Counted from the first letter of the stretch, positions 1 to 14,720 are shown. The stretch: DNA of 64,000 nucleotides from the human T2T-CHM13v2.0 reference genome, Homo sapiens (GCF_009914755.1 NC_060927.1), one strand, 5' to 3'. Made by a program: numbers and translations. The notes: generated by a model not told the origin, from the sequence alone.

Positions 1-3000
1 CTTTGGCTATTCAGGCTCCTTTTTGGTTCCACATGAATTTTAGTGTAGGGTTTTTTTCCCAATTCTGTGAAAAATGATGTTGGTGGTTTGATAGAAATAG
101 CATTGAATCTGTAGATTGCTTTGGTCAGTTTGGCCATTTTAATGATATTGATTCTTCTTGTCCATGAGCATGGAATGTTTTTCCATTTGTTTGTGTCATC
201 TGTGATTTCTTTTTTTGCAGTGTTTTGCAGTTCTCATTGTAGAGATCTTTCACTTCCTCAGTTAGATGTATTCTTAGATATTTTGTGTGTGTGTGTAACT
301 ATTTTAAGTGGCATTGCATTCTTGATTTGACTCTCAGCTTGGACATTATTAGTGTGTAGAAATGCTACTGACTTTTGTACATTGATTTTGTATCCTGAAA
401 CCTTGCTAAAATCGTTTATCAGTTATAATAGCCTTTTGGCAGAGCCCCTAGAGTTTTCTAAGTTTAGAATCATATCATCAGTGAAGAGAGAGGGTTTGAC
501 TTCCCCTTTTCCTACTTGGATGCCTTTTGTATCTCTTGTTCAATTTCTCTGGCTAGGATTTCCAGTATTATGTTCAATAGGAGGAATGAGAATGGGCATC
601 CTTATCTTGTTTTGGTTCTCAAGGGGAATACCTCCAGCTTTTGCCCATTCAGTATGATGTTGGCTGTGGGTCTGTGATAGATGGCTTTTATTATTCTAAG
701 GTACGTTCATTCAGTGCTGAGTTTTTAACATGAAGGCATGCTGAATTTTATTAAAAGCCTTTTCTGCACCTATTTAGATATTCATGTGGTTTTTTAGTTC
801 TATTTATGTGGTGAATAACATTTATTGCTTTGCCTATGTTGAATCAACCTTGAATCCCAGGAATGAATTCACTTGATCATAGTGAATTAACTCTTTGGTG
901 TGCTGCTGAATTCAATTTGCTAGTATTTTCCTGAGGATTTTTGTGTCTATATTCATCAGGGATATTGGCCTGTAGTTTTCTTTTTTCACTGTGTCTTTTC
1001 CAGGTTTTGGTTTCAGGGTAATGCTGGCTTCATAGAATGAGCTAGGGAAGAGTCCCTCCTCCTCAATGTTTTGGAATAGTTTTCGTAGAATTAGTATCAG
1101 ATTTTCTTTGTATGTCTGGTAGAATTCCACTGTGACTCCATCTGGTCTAGGGATTTTTGTTGGTGGTTGTGGTGGTAGGTTTTTATTTTTTTAATTACTG
1201 TCAATTTTGGAACTTGATATTGCTCTGTTCAGTGTTCCAATTTCTTCCTGATTTAATCTTGGGAGATTGTGTGTTTCCAAGAGTTTATCCATTTCCTCTA
1301 GATTTTCTAGTTTGTGTGCATAGAGGTGTTCATAATAGTCTATCAGGATCTCTTTTCTTCTTCCTAATCCTCTCACACTGATCTGAGGATCTTTTGTATT
1401 TCTGTGGGGTCAGTTGTAATGTCACTTTTGCCATTTTTGATTGTGCCTATTTGGATATGCTCTCTTTTTTGCTTTGTTAACCTAGCTCTATTGATCTTGT
1501 TTATCCTTCCAAAGAACCAACTTTTAGTTTCCTTGATTCTTTGTATTTGATTCTTTGTATTTGTATTATTTGATTTTGGGGTCTCAATTTCATCAGTTCC
1601 ACTCTGATTTTAGTTATTTCTTTTTTTCTGCTAGCTTTGGGGTTAGTTTGTTCTTGTTTTTCTGATTCCTCTAGGTATGATGTTAGATCATTAATTTGAG
1701 ATCTTTCTAACTTTTTGAGGTAGGCATCTAGAGCTATAAACTTTTAACACTGCTTTTGCTACATCCCAAATATTTTGGTATGTTGTGTCTCTATTTTTAT
1801 TTATTCCAATTTTTTTTTAAATTTCTGCCTTGATTTTATTGTTTACCCAAAAGTCATTCAGGAGCAAGTTGATTAATTTCCATGTAAATGTGTGGTTTTG
1901 AGAGATCTTCTTAGTATTGATTTCTATTTTTATTCCACTGCAGTCTGAGAGAATGGTTGGCATGATTTCAATTTTTTAAATTTATTGAGGCTTGGTTTAT
2001 GGCTGAACATGTAGTCAATTTTGGAATATGTTCCATGTGCAGATGAGAAAAATGTATATTCTGTGATTGATGGGTGGAGTATTCTGTAGATGTCTTTTAG
2101 GTCCAATTGGTCAAGTACCAAGTTTAAGTCTAAAATTTCTTTGTTAGTTTTCTGCCTTAATGATCTGTCTAATACTTTCAGTGGGGTGTTGAAGTCCCTA
2201 ACTGTTGTTATGTGGCTAAGTCTTTTCATAGGTCTAGAAGTACTTGTTTTATGAATCTGGTTTCCCAAATGTTGGGTGCATAGGTATTTAGTATAATTAA
2301 GTCTTCTTGCTGAATTGAGCCCTTTATCATTATGTAATGCTATTTTTTGTCTTTTTTTTTTCACTGTTTTTGATTTAAAGTCTCTTGTATCTGACATAAG
2401 AATAGCAACCATTGTTCTTTTTTGTTTACTGTTTGCATGGTAGATCTTTCTCTAACCCTTAGAGCCAGTGGGTGTCATTATGTGTGAGATGGGTCTCTTG
2501 AAGACAGCAGATAGATGGATTGCATTTTTTTATCCAACTTGCCACTCTGTGCCTTCTAAGTGAAGCATTTGGGCCATTTATATTCAAGGTTAATATTGAT
2601 ATGTGAGGTTTTGATCCTATCATGAAGTTCTTAGCTGGTTGCTTTGTACTTTCTATTAGGTAGTTGCTTTATAGAGTCAGTGGGCTATGTACTTAAGTGT
2701 TTTTGTGGTAGCAGGTATTGATCTTTTGTTTCCATGTTTAGAGTTTCCTTAAGGATCTCTTGTAAGTCTGGTCTAGTGGTAACAAATTCCCTTAGCACTT
2801 GCTTGTCTGGCAAATATTTTATTTCTCCTTCACTTATGAAGCTTAGTTTGGTGTGATAAAATGAAATTCTTTGTTGAAATTTATTTTAAGAATGCTGAAA
2901 ATAGGCCCCTGATCTCTCTTGGCTTGCAAGGTTTCTGCTAAGAAATGTGCTCTTAACTTGATGAGGTTCCTTTTGTACATAATCTGCCCTTTTTTTCTAG

Positions 3001-3397
3001 CTGCCTTTAAATTTTTTTTTCTTTAGCACTTACCTTGGACAATCTAGTGACTATATGCCTTGGTGTTGATTATTTTGTATGATATCTCACAGATGTTCCC
3101 TAGATTTCTTGTATCTAAATATCTACCTCTCTAGCAAGATTAAAGAAGTTTTCTTGAATTATTCCTTCAAATATATTTTCCAGGTTGTTTACTTTTTCTC
3201 CTCTCTCAGAAATGCCAATAACTCACAGATTTGGTTGCTTTATGTAATCCCATAATTCTTGAAGACTTTTTTTCTTAAAAATCTTTTTTCTTTATTTTTG
3301 ATTTTTGTCTGACTTAGTTCAAAAGATTGATGTTCTAACTCTGAAATTTTCTTCTGCTTGGTGTAATCTGTTGATAAGGCTGTCGATGGTATTTTGA

Positions 3398-3754
<357 letters not shown>

Positions 3755-4501
3755 TAAAGATGTTTATTCCTTCCTTCATTTCCTGGATTGCTTTAGAAGT
3801 TTCTTTGTATTAATTTTCAACCTGATCTTGAATGTCATTGAGCTTCCTTGCAATCTATGCTTTGAATTCTTTATCTGTCATTTCTGAGTTTCCATTTTGG
3901 TTAGGAACCATTGCTAGAGAGCTAGAGCAATCCTTTGATCGTGTCACCACATTCTTATTCTTCATGGTGCCAGAATTCTTATGCTCTTTCTTTCCCATCT
4001 GGAGATGCTGGTACTTCTAATTTTTGTAATTGTTTTTGTGTGGGTAAGATTTTTTCTTTTTTGTTCTTCCTCTATAATGTTATTATTATATTATTTTTAT
4101 CTTTCCTTTTCCCTTTTTCCCCATCCCTAGGGGTTGTGACTGTAGAGAAAGCTGGGTAGGGTATTATAGCTTTGCTTCCATAGCCCTATACACTTCTTTT
4201 AGCAGGTTTTATATTGCATTGTGGAGTACAATCTACAAGCTTGCAGATGGCACTTACAGGTAAGAGCTGGTGCTGGCCAGTTTGGCTGTGTAAATACTTG
4301 ATCCTTGTTTAGTGGCAGAAACTCTCTGTTGCTTCAGGCAATAAGATGATTTGTGAAATGTATGGTTGTCTAATCTCCCTACTCAGCCCTGGGGAGGGGG
4401 GTACAAGGGGCAGACCTGGACTGGGAAGGTCCATGTACAGATCGTCCAATGTCAGGCATAGACACAAGTGCCAAGGGAGAATCCCATGAGAAGCCACCAA
4501 G

Positions 4502-4890
4502 TGCCTAGAGGCGTGCCTAGATGCGGAGCTAGGAAACCACCTTGGCTCTAAGTTCTCTGCACAGAGAGGTCAGGGATGCCGTAAACTACCAATCCAGAAG
4601 AGTGAGTCCTCCATATGCCTGGAGATCTGCCTGAGCATGCAGCAGAGAGAAGACCCCTGCACCAAGATCTCTGGACAGGAGGGCTGGGGTAACTCAGGCT
4701 GCTGAACTAGGCAAGCAGGTGCTCTGAATACCTGGAAATCTCCTTGAGCATGTAGCAGAGAGGACCCCACTGCACTAGGAACTCTGCACAGTAAAGATGG
4801 GGTGGCTCAGTCTGCTGGTCTAGCTGAGCTGGTGCTCAGAATGCCTGGAGATCTGCCTGGACATGGAGTAGAGAAAACCCCACTGCAACA
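4502..4890. repeat. ~113-bp tandem monomers (about 3.5 copies) within the L1 5'UTR
   Basis: tgcctggagatctgcctg-like motif recurs at 4502, 4616, 4729 and 4842. Confidence 0.85.
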
Positions 4891-4894
4891 TGGA

Positions 4895-5060
4895 AATCAT
4901 TTTTTTTAATTCTCACAACTAACTTACTGAGATAGGTATTTTTATCTCTATGAGGGAAACGAAAAAACTCAGGAACAGAGAGAACAAGTACCTTGCTAAA
5001 TACACCAATAATAATTAAGCAATACTTCAAAATAGGTATTTCTGACTCTAGAGTTCTTAA
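4895..5060 (-). mobile_element. MIR fragment
   Basis: taattctcacaac...gataggtatttttatctc...gaaactcag...cttgctaaatacac resembles antisense MIR core. Confidence 0.55.
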
Positions 5061-5244
5061 GAATATCTTGAATTCTCAAGGCAAATATCATTGGTCTTGA
5101 TCAATTTTAAATTGTGGTTCACCTGATTTATAACTGATCTGTTTTATTTTTATATAAATTTGATCACAATGGCTTAAAGCCATATAAACATTTGAAGAGA
5201 TTATGCAGCTGGATTAGTCATTAAGCATTAATTTGGGTTAAAGG

Positions 5245-5452
5245 ATATATATATATATAATATATATATAAAAGTACCAAATATATTAATACCAAATAAT
5301 ATAAATTAATACCAAGATAGGTATACCCTGATTTTATATATATAATAGATATACCCTGATTATATATATATAATAGATATGCCCTGATTTTATATATTAT
5401 ATAATATTATATAATATATAAAATCAGGGCATATCTATTTTGGTATTAATTT
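5245..5452. repeat. AT-rich tandem (~30-bp unit x3) plus perfect 68-bp palindrome (5372-5439)
   Basis: Checked base by base: 5372-5405 is the exact reverse complement of 5406-5439. Confidence 0.95.
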
Positions 5453-7324
5453 CTCTTCTTCTAAGGAAAGTAAATGAAATGTTTAATTATAAAGACGCAT
5501 TGATTCATTTGTATCCCTGAGCACATTTTACAAGAAACCAATTCTAGTCATTTTAGTCATATCAATTGAAAAATTACTTATAAAGAGTGATAAAGAAGAA
5601 AAATATTATCATAAATATATAATATTTTATATTCAAGGTAATATTTTTTGTCTTTTATATTTAATGAGTCCAAAACTGATCTTTATAACTCTTTTCCTAT
5701 TAAATCACCACCTACTATTGTAGTAAATTTGAATAGGGCAGATTCATCTTAATCTTGAAAATTTTTTAGTTCCTATTAAGCTCCTTCGTTATGAAAAATA
5801 CTCACTTGGATTCTCTGAGAGGCTGATGAGCTGTTTCTAAAACCATATCTCCTCGAATCTGAGGGTGGAGTCACCTTGAAATTTATATTTGAATTATCCA
5901 AATTATTTATAATTTAAGACAAAGCTCAAGCAAGTGAATTTATTAGATTGTCCTCTTCAGTGAGAATCTTGTTTGGAGTTGGATTACGGAAGGAAGCAGC
6001 ACAGTACCTAACTTCCAAACCTATCACTCTTGGTAAATGCTCAGCTATGAAACCATTACAAGTGAGGATCAGAGGCTTAATGCTTACAAATAAATTTATT
6101 CATGATGCCAAGTATTATAGCTAAAGTAATTTACCTCTCAGTACTACATTTCATTAGGAAAAATTAGATGTAAATATATATCTTAGCAGAAAAAAATATA
6201 AATATATATCTCACTGGAACAAACAGAAATGGTCATGCTTTTATTCTGAAGTATATTGTGAGTGAAAAAAGCCTAGAGGAAAAGAAAAAAATCTGAATAC
6301 TTTCTGTGAGAACTCCACTTTATGAGTTTTATATGAATGATAAAATTTAATTGACAGAAATCTTTTATGATCTTCAGTTCACTTTTCAGGGGGACTAACA
6401 GCATTTCTGAGTCTCCTGAGTCAAGATCGTGTGAAGTTACATCATTTGGCAGTAAGGAAGCCAACAAGATCAGCAAACCATGTGTCAGCATTTGTCTGCA
6501 GGTACTTCTTTGTGTGTGTGCTTACTAAATTATTTATATTTATAATCTCATGTAATCAAAGGGAGACAAATGATTTTGTTCATGTCATAGAGGAAAAAAA
6601 TTACTTGTTATTTAAAGTGCAAATGTATGTAGTAACTTCTGCCTACTAGGAGGCATGGCACATTTTTATCAATAGAAGTAATAATCTCCTTATTGCTCTA
6701 TTTCTCTGAATTATCTATTTTAGAATAGTATGCTGCAAATGCAAATGTCTTGTGTAAGTAGGACATTTATGTTCCAGTCGTTGTTTCAGCCATGAAGAAG
6801 GAGAGAATTCTGCATTTTGATCAAATCAAGTGCAAAGACACAAACGGTCTTGGGAGAGGAGGTTCAAGTGAGAATCACAAGAGAGCAGGAATTATGAACC
6901 TAGGGCGATCACAGGAACCTAGGTCCCTGCAATACATAGAAATCTAATGGGTCTACACAGTATAGGAGGCAGCATGTGTGGGTAGGTATATTCCAATGTT
7001 TACTATGTTTGTGCAAGTATAGTATTACAATAAGGTTATGACTCCATTTCTTAATGTTTGTCTGCTAACAACTTTTAAGCTTCTCCTCTTCCTTTTCCTC
7101 TTTTTTCCCATATGTGGGCAACCTGATTAGAAAGCCTAATACTTTCTCCTTTGGCACCTGCAGGAAGTTCAAGCCGCATACAGGAATCCTCACCTCAGTC
7201 TTCCTCTCTGATTACATAAAAACCCCATGCTAGTCTTTTTTCCCTCCTCTGTCAAACTACTTTTGGATTTGCTTGGAATCTATCTTCCTCAAAAAGCCTC
7301 ATTATTTGAGTAGTAAACCTTTTC

Positions 7325-7988
7325 TTTTAATTAATTAATTAATTATTTTTTTTTTTGAGACAGTCTCCCTCTGTCACCCAAGGCTGGAGTGCAGTGGTGC
7401 GATCTCAGCTCACTGCAACCTCCGCCTCCCAGTTCAAGCGATTCTCATGCCTCAGCCACCTGAGTAGCTGGGACTACAGGAGTACACCACCATCCTCGGC
7501 TAATTTTTGTATTTTTAGTAGAGATGGGGTTTTGCCATATTGGCCTGGCTGGTCTCAAACTCCTGGCCTCAAGTGATCCACCTGCCTTGGCCTCCCAAAG
7601 TGCTGGGTTCACAGGTGTGAGACACCACATGATATGGTTTGGCTGTATCCCCATGCCAATCTCATCTTGAATTCCCACATGTTGTGGGAGGGAGCCGGTG
7701 AAAGGTAATTGAATCACGGGGGCTGGTCTTTCCCTTGCTGTTCTCATGATAGTGAATAAGTCTCACGAGATCTGATAGTTGTATAAGGGGGTGTTTCCTG
7801 CACAAGCTCTCTCTCTTTGCCTGCCACCATTCACATAAGATGTGACTTGTTCCTCCTTGCCTTCCCCCATGATTGTGAGGCCTCCCCAGCCATGTGTAAC
7901 TGTTAGTCCATTAAACCTTTCTTTTGTAAATTGCCCAGTCTCGGGTATGTCTTAATTAGCAGCGTGGCAATAATACACCACGCCTGGC
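7325..7988 (-). mobile_element. Alu (AluS/old type) interrupted near its 5' end by a THE1 LTR
   Basis: Alu body at 7345-7629 and its last bases ccacgcctggc at 7978-7988; TSD tagtaaaccttttc (7311-7324) / taataaacattttc (7989-8002). Confidence 0.93.
7630..7977 (+). mobile_element. THE1 (MaLR) solo LTR
   Basis: Starts TGATATGGTTTGGCTGT, ends TAATACA; 5-bp TSD ccaca/ccacg. Confidence 0.95.
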
Positions 7989-8753
7989 TAATAAACATTT
8001 TCATACTCTCTTGGTGTATCATTCTCAACATTCAAACAAATTTTGGATATAGGTTCATTCCCTTGTGTTACATAAGCATGTAAGTACATTTCAGTATATA
8101 TGCACAGTTAGATTTTAGATTTAGGTTGAATTTATAGGGAGAACCCTACTATCAGAAAGAGAACTCAAAACTTGTGAAAGGAAATAAGAGATCTGAGTAA
8201 ATATTTTTCTGAAGTCTGTGTTTAAAATTCACATTGAGTGAATATAGCTAAAAAGTCATTTTGAAAATTAAGGAGCTTCTGAGAAAGAGATAATCACTTT
8301 TAAAACAGCATCTAATACATAAGCTTTTCTTTTTCTTTTAAATACCAGTGAGGTTTTAAAATCCTACCCATAGTTACAGAGTACAAAATAGAGTCTCAGG
8401 TGACTATGGCAGGCATAGATATAGATTAACATAAGTTCTTGCATTTGTGTGGCTCTAGTCAGAATCAAATCAAGCACAGAAATAGACAGATGAGATAAAA
8501 CCAAATGTTGATAGAGTCTATACATGAACTTGGCACCGTTAGAGATGGAAAGCCTGAGTATTACTTCTGTCATTTCTGGCACAAGGTAATGAGACTGGTA
8601 AGGGCAAAGTATTATGATCAGATGCACTGGATGACATTTAGTCACATGTTGATTAAGAAAAGAGGCATGTGGGTTTTTTGAGGTGTTAGGTGAGAAAATT
8701 CAGGGAAGTTATATGTTTAATATATGCCATTCAAGAAAGGAACATGCCAACCA

Positions 8754-9040
8754 TTTTTTTTTTTTTTTTTTTTTTTGAGAGGGAGTCTTGCTCTGTCACC
8801 CAGGCTGGAGTGCAGTGGCGTCATCTTGGCTCTGGGTTCATGCCATTCTCCTGCCTCAGCCTCCCCAGCAGCTGGGACTATAGGCGCATGCTGCCACGCC
8901 TGGCTAATTTTTTTGTATTTTCAGTAGAGACGGGGTTTCACCATGTTAGCCGGGATGGTCTCGATCTCCTGACCTCGTGATCCACCTGCCTCGGCCTCCC
9001 AAAGTGCTAGGATTACAGGCGTGAGCCACCGCGCGCGGCC
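8754..9040 (-). mobile_element. AluY with ~20-bp internal deletion
   Basis: Poly-T start, ends gcgcgcggcc; lacks the cactgcaagctccgcctcc segment; imperfect TSD atgccaaccattttt/attccaacgattttt. Confidence 0.93.
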
Positions 9041-9070
9041 ATTCCAACGATTTTTACGTCATCAGCATCA

Positions 9071-9428
<358 letters not shown>

Positions 9429-9818
9429 TCAAAAGTCTATCCAAAGTGGCTTTATTGGGTCATTCTACTTCTAGAGAGGGTTCTGAGGTTGAGGTCCTTG
9501 GATACACTATCCAAATTAAATCATGATCTCTTAGAGAAACAATTATTCCTTCTAAAATATAATAAAACCCAGCCAGCTCCCTTAGGAGTTGTTAACATCT
9601 CATTGCTATATCAATGTTCAGCAGAAGCACAAGGAAGAATTATATTCAAGAAATTATTCTGACAGATAATAGTTTGAGGTCTTGTTAAAAGTTATTAAGG
9701 GTTTTGTCCTCCAAATGATTTTTCCATCACAGTAGGAACAGATACACCAAACAGCCTGAGTAAGAATGAGCGCCGCCATTTGAATTAGCTGAGAACTGGA
9801 TTGTTAAAACCCAAACAA

Positions 9819-10139
9819 GGTCATGTGCAGTAACTCACGCCTGTAATCGCAGCACTTTAGGAGGCCAAAGCAGGAGAATCGCTTGAGGCCAAGAGTTTCA
9901 CACCAGCCAGGGCAACACAGTGAGACCACGTCTCTTAAATATATATATATATTTTATTAGCCGGGCTTGGTGGTGCACACCTGTAGTCCCAACTACTCAG
10001 GAGGCTGAGGCAGAGAGTATCTAGAGCCCAGAAGGTGAAGGCTTCAGTGAGCTAGTATCACCCCACTGCACTCCAGCCTGGGCGACAGACCAAAACTCTG
10101 TCTCTGGAAAAAATTTTTTTAATTTTAAAATAAAAAATG
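9819..10139 (+). mobile_element. AluJ with central (AT)n
   Basis: gcttgaggccaagagtt AluJ-type left arm; diverged dimer. Confidence 0.9.
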
Positions 10140-11109
10140 AAACACAAATAAACAATGTTATAATCAATATTCGATAGAGGCACTGCAAAACACTTTTAAG
10201 TGATAAAGTCTTCATTTAATTCAAATTAGGTTGCCTTAAATATTTCTAGTTAACACATTTTTTTCTCCATTTACCCCAAATTTTCATTCCACCATCTCTA
10301 AGTGAATGAAGGAAAGGTAATTCTGTTGTGGCACATTTTAGAAATTACACTGTTATTGAAGGTAAGAAATGCAGTAACTTTAGTTATACCAAGAGAAAAG
10401 TTATGATTACATGAGAAAGACCAAATGGCTTACAGTCCACTTGCAGAAGCCAGTAGAATGTCAAAACAGAAATGTGTTTCATTGGGAATCTCCTTAAACA
10501 AAATCATGAAATAAGGAACAACTCATAATGGATTCTACGAAACAAATTACTTTGAAAGAAGTATTAATATTATATAATTGTGCCTATAACAATATTAGAT
10601 TAAACAGTAGAAATACACTAGCTGTAGCCACTTTGAAGTTAGAACCTATAGATAATGAGCAGAAACAAAAATCAAGACTGTAGCAAATTGTTTTAAGAGA
10701 CAAGAGCTAAAGAGTAGAGAAGAGTACTTTGCAAGGGGATAATTAGACTTGTGGGAGTCAGAATCCAATCTTGTTAATGGTATGAGGCTTTTTATTCTTT
10801 TCCACAATCAATTATTTAAGCCTATTTCAGGAATTTACACAATGAATGCAGTCAAGGTACAGAGATTTTGGACGACATGAAATTGTCCAGAGATGCACTG
10901 AGAGTAATTTAGTCTACACTGGAAAGTTTCCAATGTGTGAGTATTTGTAGAAGCTCTAAAATGGATTATTTTCTTTCAACTAAAGTCTTGGGAAGACTTA
11001 TACACGTTAGTGACTCTCAGGACTGATAGAGCCTAGCAAATAATCTGGAGACATTTGACACTATATATCCATCAAATATTGGAAAACAAACACAAAAATA
11101 ACAACTATC

Positions 11110-11390
11110 TATTAAGCACCTATAATAACCCAAACACTCTGTTAGGTCCTCTCTCTCTCTCTCTCTCCATATATATATATATAATATATATATATAAAAT
11201 ATATATATATAATATATATATATAAAATATATATATATATATATAATCTCATTTAATCAAGGAAAGCTTTATAAGCCTTTAAAAAAAATGGGGACTTTGT
11301 GACTCTGAGGGCTTAAATAACTTCCTGAGGTCACTCAGTGGATTAGTGGAAGGCTGAAGATTAATACATTGCTCAGATTTTACTCTGTCA
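11110..11390 (-). mobile_element. MIR interrupted by (CT)n(AT)n microsatellite (11148-11245)
   Basis: attaagcacctat..ctcatttaatc..ttaaataacttcctgaggtcac MIR-like motifs flank the STR. Confidence 0.6.
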
Positions 11391-11508
11391 GACGCCTCTT
11401 TGTAGATTCACATGGATAATATTGAAATTAGCTCTAATAATTCCAGTTTTTCATTCATGTTTGGAGGTCAACTTTATACCATTTCTTGTTTTTTTTCTGG
11501 TCACAAGG

Positions 11509-11901
11509 TACTATGACTTATTAGTGTCTCCTCCAAATTCTTATGTTGAAGCCTTAATTCCCAACGTGGTGGTATTAGAAGGTGGGCCCTTGGGAGGTAA
11601 TTAGTTTTAGATGAGATCATGAGTTTGGAGATTCTATGATTGGATTAACACCATTATAAGGAGAGGATGAGACTGGATCTCTCTCTCTTCACCATGTAAG
11701 GATACAGCAAGAAGATGGACAAGAAGAAAACCAAGTTTTGGTTGGCCATCTAAAAACCAAAAAGAGAGCTCTCACCAGGAATTGAATAGCAGCAGTTTGT
11801 CATGGACTTCCTAGCCTTCAGAACTGTGAGAAATAAATTTGTGTTGTTCGAGCCACTCAGTCCATGGTATTTTTGCTGTGGCAACTGAACTGATTAGAAC
11901 A
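11509..11901 (+). mobile_element. MLT1A-type MaLR solo LTR
   Basis: ccaaattcttatgttgaagcc...agaactgtgagaaataaatt...ggtatttt; perfect 5-bp TSD caagg (11504-11508, 11902-11906). Confidence 0.9.
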
Positions 11902-12012
11902 CAAGGCTAAAGCTAAAACTCAGAAATGTGACGGTATGAATCAGGCCATTCTCTGACAGCTTCCATATGATAGGCTGCTTTTATGAACACTTCCTGTATT
12001 TGATAATTTGAT

Positions 12013-12230
12013 CTGTAGTGGTTAAAAAATGTCATATGTGGGGTCTAGCTCTGACTTCATCACTAACCACCTGTCTGACCTGTGGTAATTAACCTTCTCT
12101 CAATTCCTCTTCAGTCACCTCTAAACCGGTAATAATAATAATAATAGGATCTACTTCATAGGACTGATAGACAATATTAAATGAAATAAAGTGCCTGATG
12201 CCTACTGTATGCTCAATTTATGTTCAGCAA
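12013..12230 (+). mobile_element. MIR
   Basis: gtagtggttaa...ataataggatctacttcataggactg...attaaatgaaataa...gctcaat. Confidence 0.7.
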
Positions 12231-12299
12231 CTAGAATTATAAATAGCTGATTTCTATGAGCAAAACCAGTATTTCTAAAAATAAGATTCCAAGAGCTTT

Positions 12300-13050
12300 A
12301 CAAAGCTGTTCACTTGATTTTTAAAATTGATTACAAATTTTTGTTGCTTAGCATCAGAGAAATCTATAAAGAGTTTATTTATATGGACAAAGAACAACAA
12401 AAGACAATTTTCACAAGGCAACATAATAAAATATGTAAAAATTTAAAGCTAATTAATCAAATAAATGCACAATGCGAGATGCCGTTTATTATTTATTAAA
12501 TTGATCACTCCCAAAATGATGCCACTCAATGATTAAAAGAGTGCAGTAAAGAAAGTAATTTTATACATTGCTGAAAAGGACATTTAGGATAATAAATAAT
12601 ATTTTCCAAAAACTATATAAAAACAATAATTTTTAAATATTAACTCTACATCTGAGAACTCCCACTAAGGAAAAATCAAAAAATGAAAAATCACTATAGA
12701 TACAGATTTTCATTATAGTATTAGGTAATTGAGTGAAAACTGAGAGCAATCTGATTACCCAACAAGAAAATTGTTTACAATAGTCATGGTGCCATCTTTT
12801 CTAGGCATATTATGTACTAATTAAAATTAAGGTTATGAGGATAATGTGGCATCATGGTAAGGATTAGGAAAAAAAAGAGAAAAGTGTGATATAAATTGTG
12901 TACAGACTGGTTAAGGTTAAATGAGAAAGAGATGACCAGGAAAAAATGATTACTAGAAAATTCAATATGTTAATAATTGTGTTAGGGTTGTGGAATATAT
13001 GAACATTATTCTTCTGAAAAATTATAATTTCAATATTAATTATATATTTA
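12300..13050 (+). mobile_element. Ancient L1ME-type 3' fragment
   Basis: A-rich diverged sequence with L1 ORF2 end/3'UTR-like motifs; boundaries approximate. Confidence 0.45.
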
Positions 13051-13764
13051 AAAAACCAATTTCATTAAAATAGTATGAGTGATTGTGGTAAGAGGTGACT
13101 ATCTTCAATTCTACATAATATTGGCAATTTTTAGAACAATTTAAAATTTCTGACTTTAGAACATAATTTATAAATTATGGTGGTTTTTATATGAATAATA
13201 TCAAGAAAAAACAAAAACAAGAACCAAATAGTAAAATTCATCCTAACACACATTTATGCTTATTATTTTTTGAAGTATTTTCAGTCAAATTAATACTTTC
13301 TCAATATGAGTCAAATATATGATATAAGACTAATTATATTCATTCAGTAGGTTAAAATGTACTACGATTGATTAATATCTTTAATTTCATATGTACATGG
13401 ACATTGATAATTTGTTTTCTCAAAGTTTTGGCATAATCTCTTATCTTTCGGGAGTTTCTTTAGAAGGATCAGTCACAATACCAATATTGCTATATTCTTG
13501 CTAAAATCTTTTTTAAAAAGTGTAGGGAAAGGTACACAGTCAACCATTACAGCAAGTAGCCAGAGAGGGCTTTGATTAATAGACAGAACTTCTTCACAGT
13601 AACAGAAGAAGCTCTGAGACTATGACAACAGAGAAAACAATCTACCCAGTGAAATTTAACATTCACTAAGGCTTATATGCAAGTGCTAGATATGGCAGAC
13701 AGAAGAAAAGATGAGCAAGAGACAGGTTTTGGTGTCAACCTAAACCTAAAAAGAAATTATGTTC

Positions 13765-14371
<607 letters not shown>

Positions 14372-14596
14372 TTATGTTTATTTGGAAATAGAGTGTTGCA
14401 ATGGGAATATACATGCTGCAACAAAGTTTGTGCTTATTCAAGGAAGTAAAGGAAAACAAATCTTTCTAAAGGAAAAAATGAAGAGGAGTACATAATTGTT
14501 TTGAAATAATTACCCTTGGCTACAAAGATCAATAACAAGGGTGACACCAGTCCGAGGTTGGACAGGCAGTTGCTGAACAGATGTTCTTGCAGAAGT

Positions 14597-14607
14597 ATAT
14601 ATATAAG

Positions 14608-14641
<34 letters not shown>

Positions 14642-14720
14642 TATATACATACACATATACACATATATATACACATATATATACTTACATATATATGTAC
14701 TCACACACACATATATATAC

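Larger units (their letters stand above)
7030..8090 (+). mobile_element. Old ERV-class solo LTR (family uncertain), split by Alu+THE1
   Basis: LTR-like text (gactccattt..ctgattagaaagcc..cataaaaacccc..) resumes after the Alu with aataaac (polyA signal) and U5-like sequence. Boundaries approximate. Confidence 0.55.
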
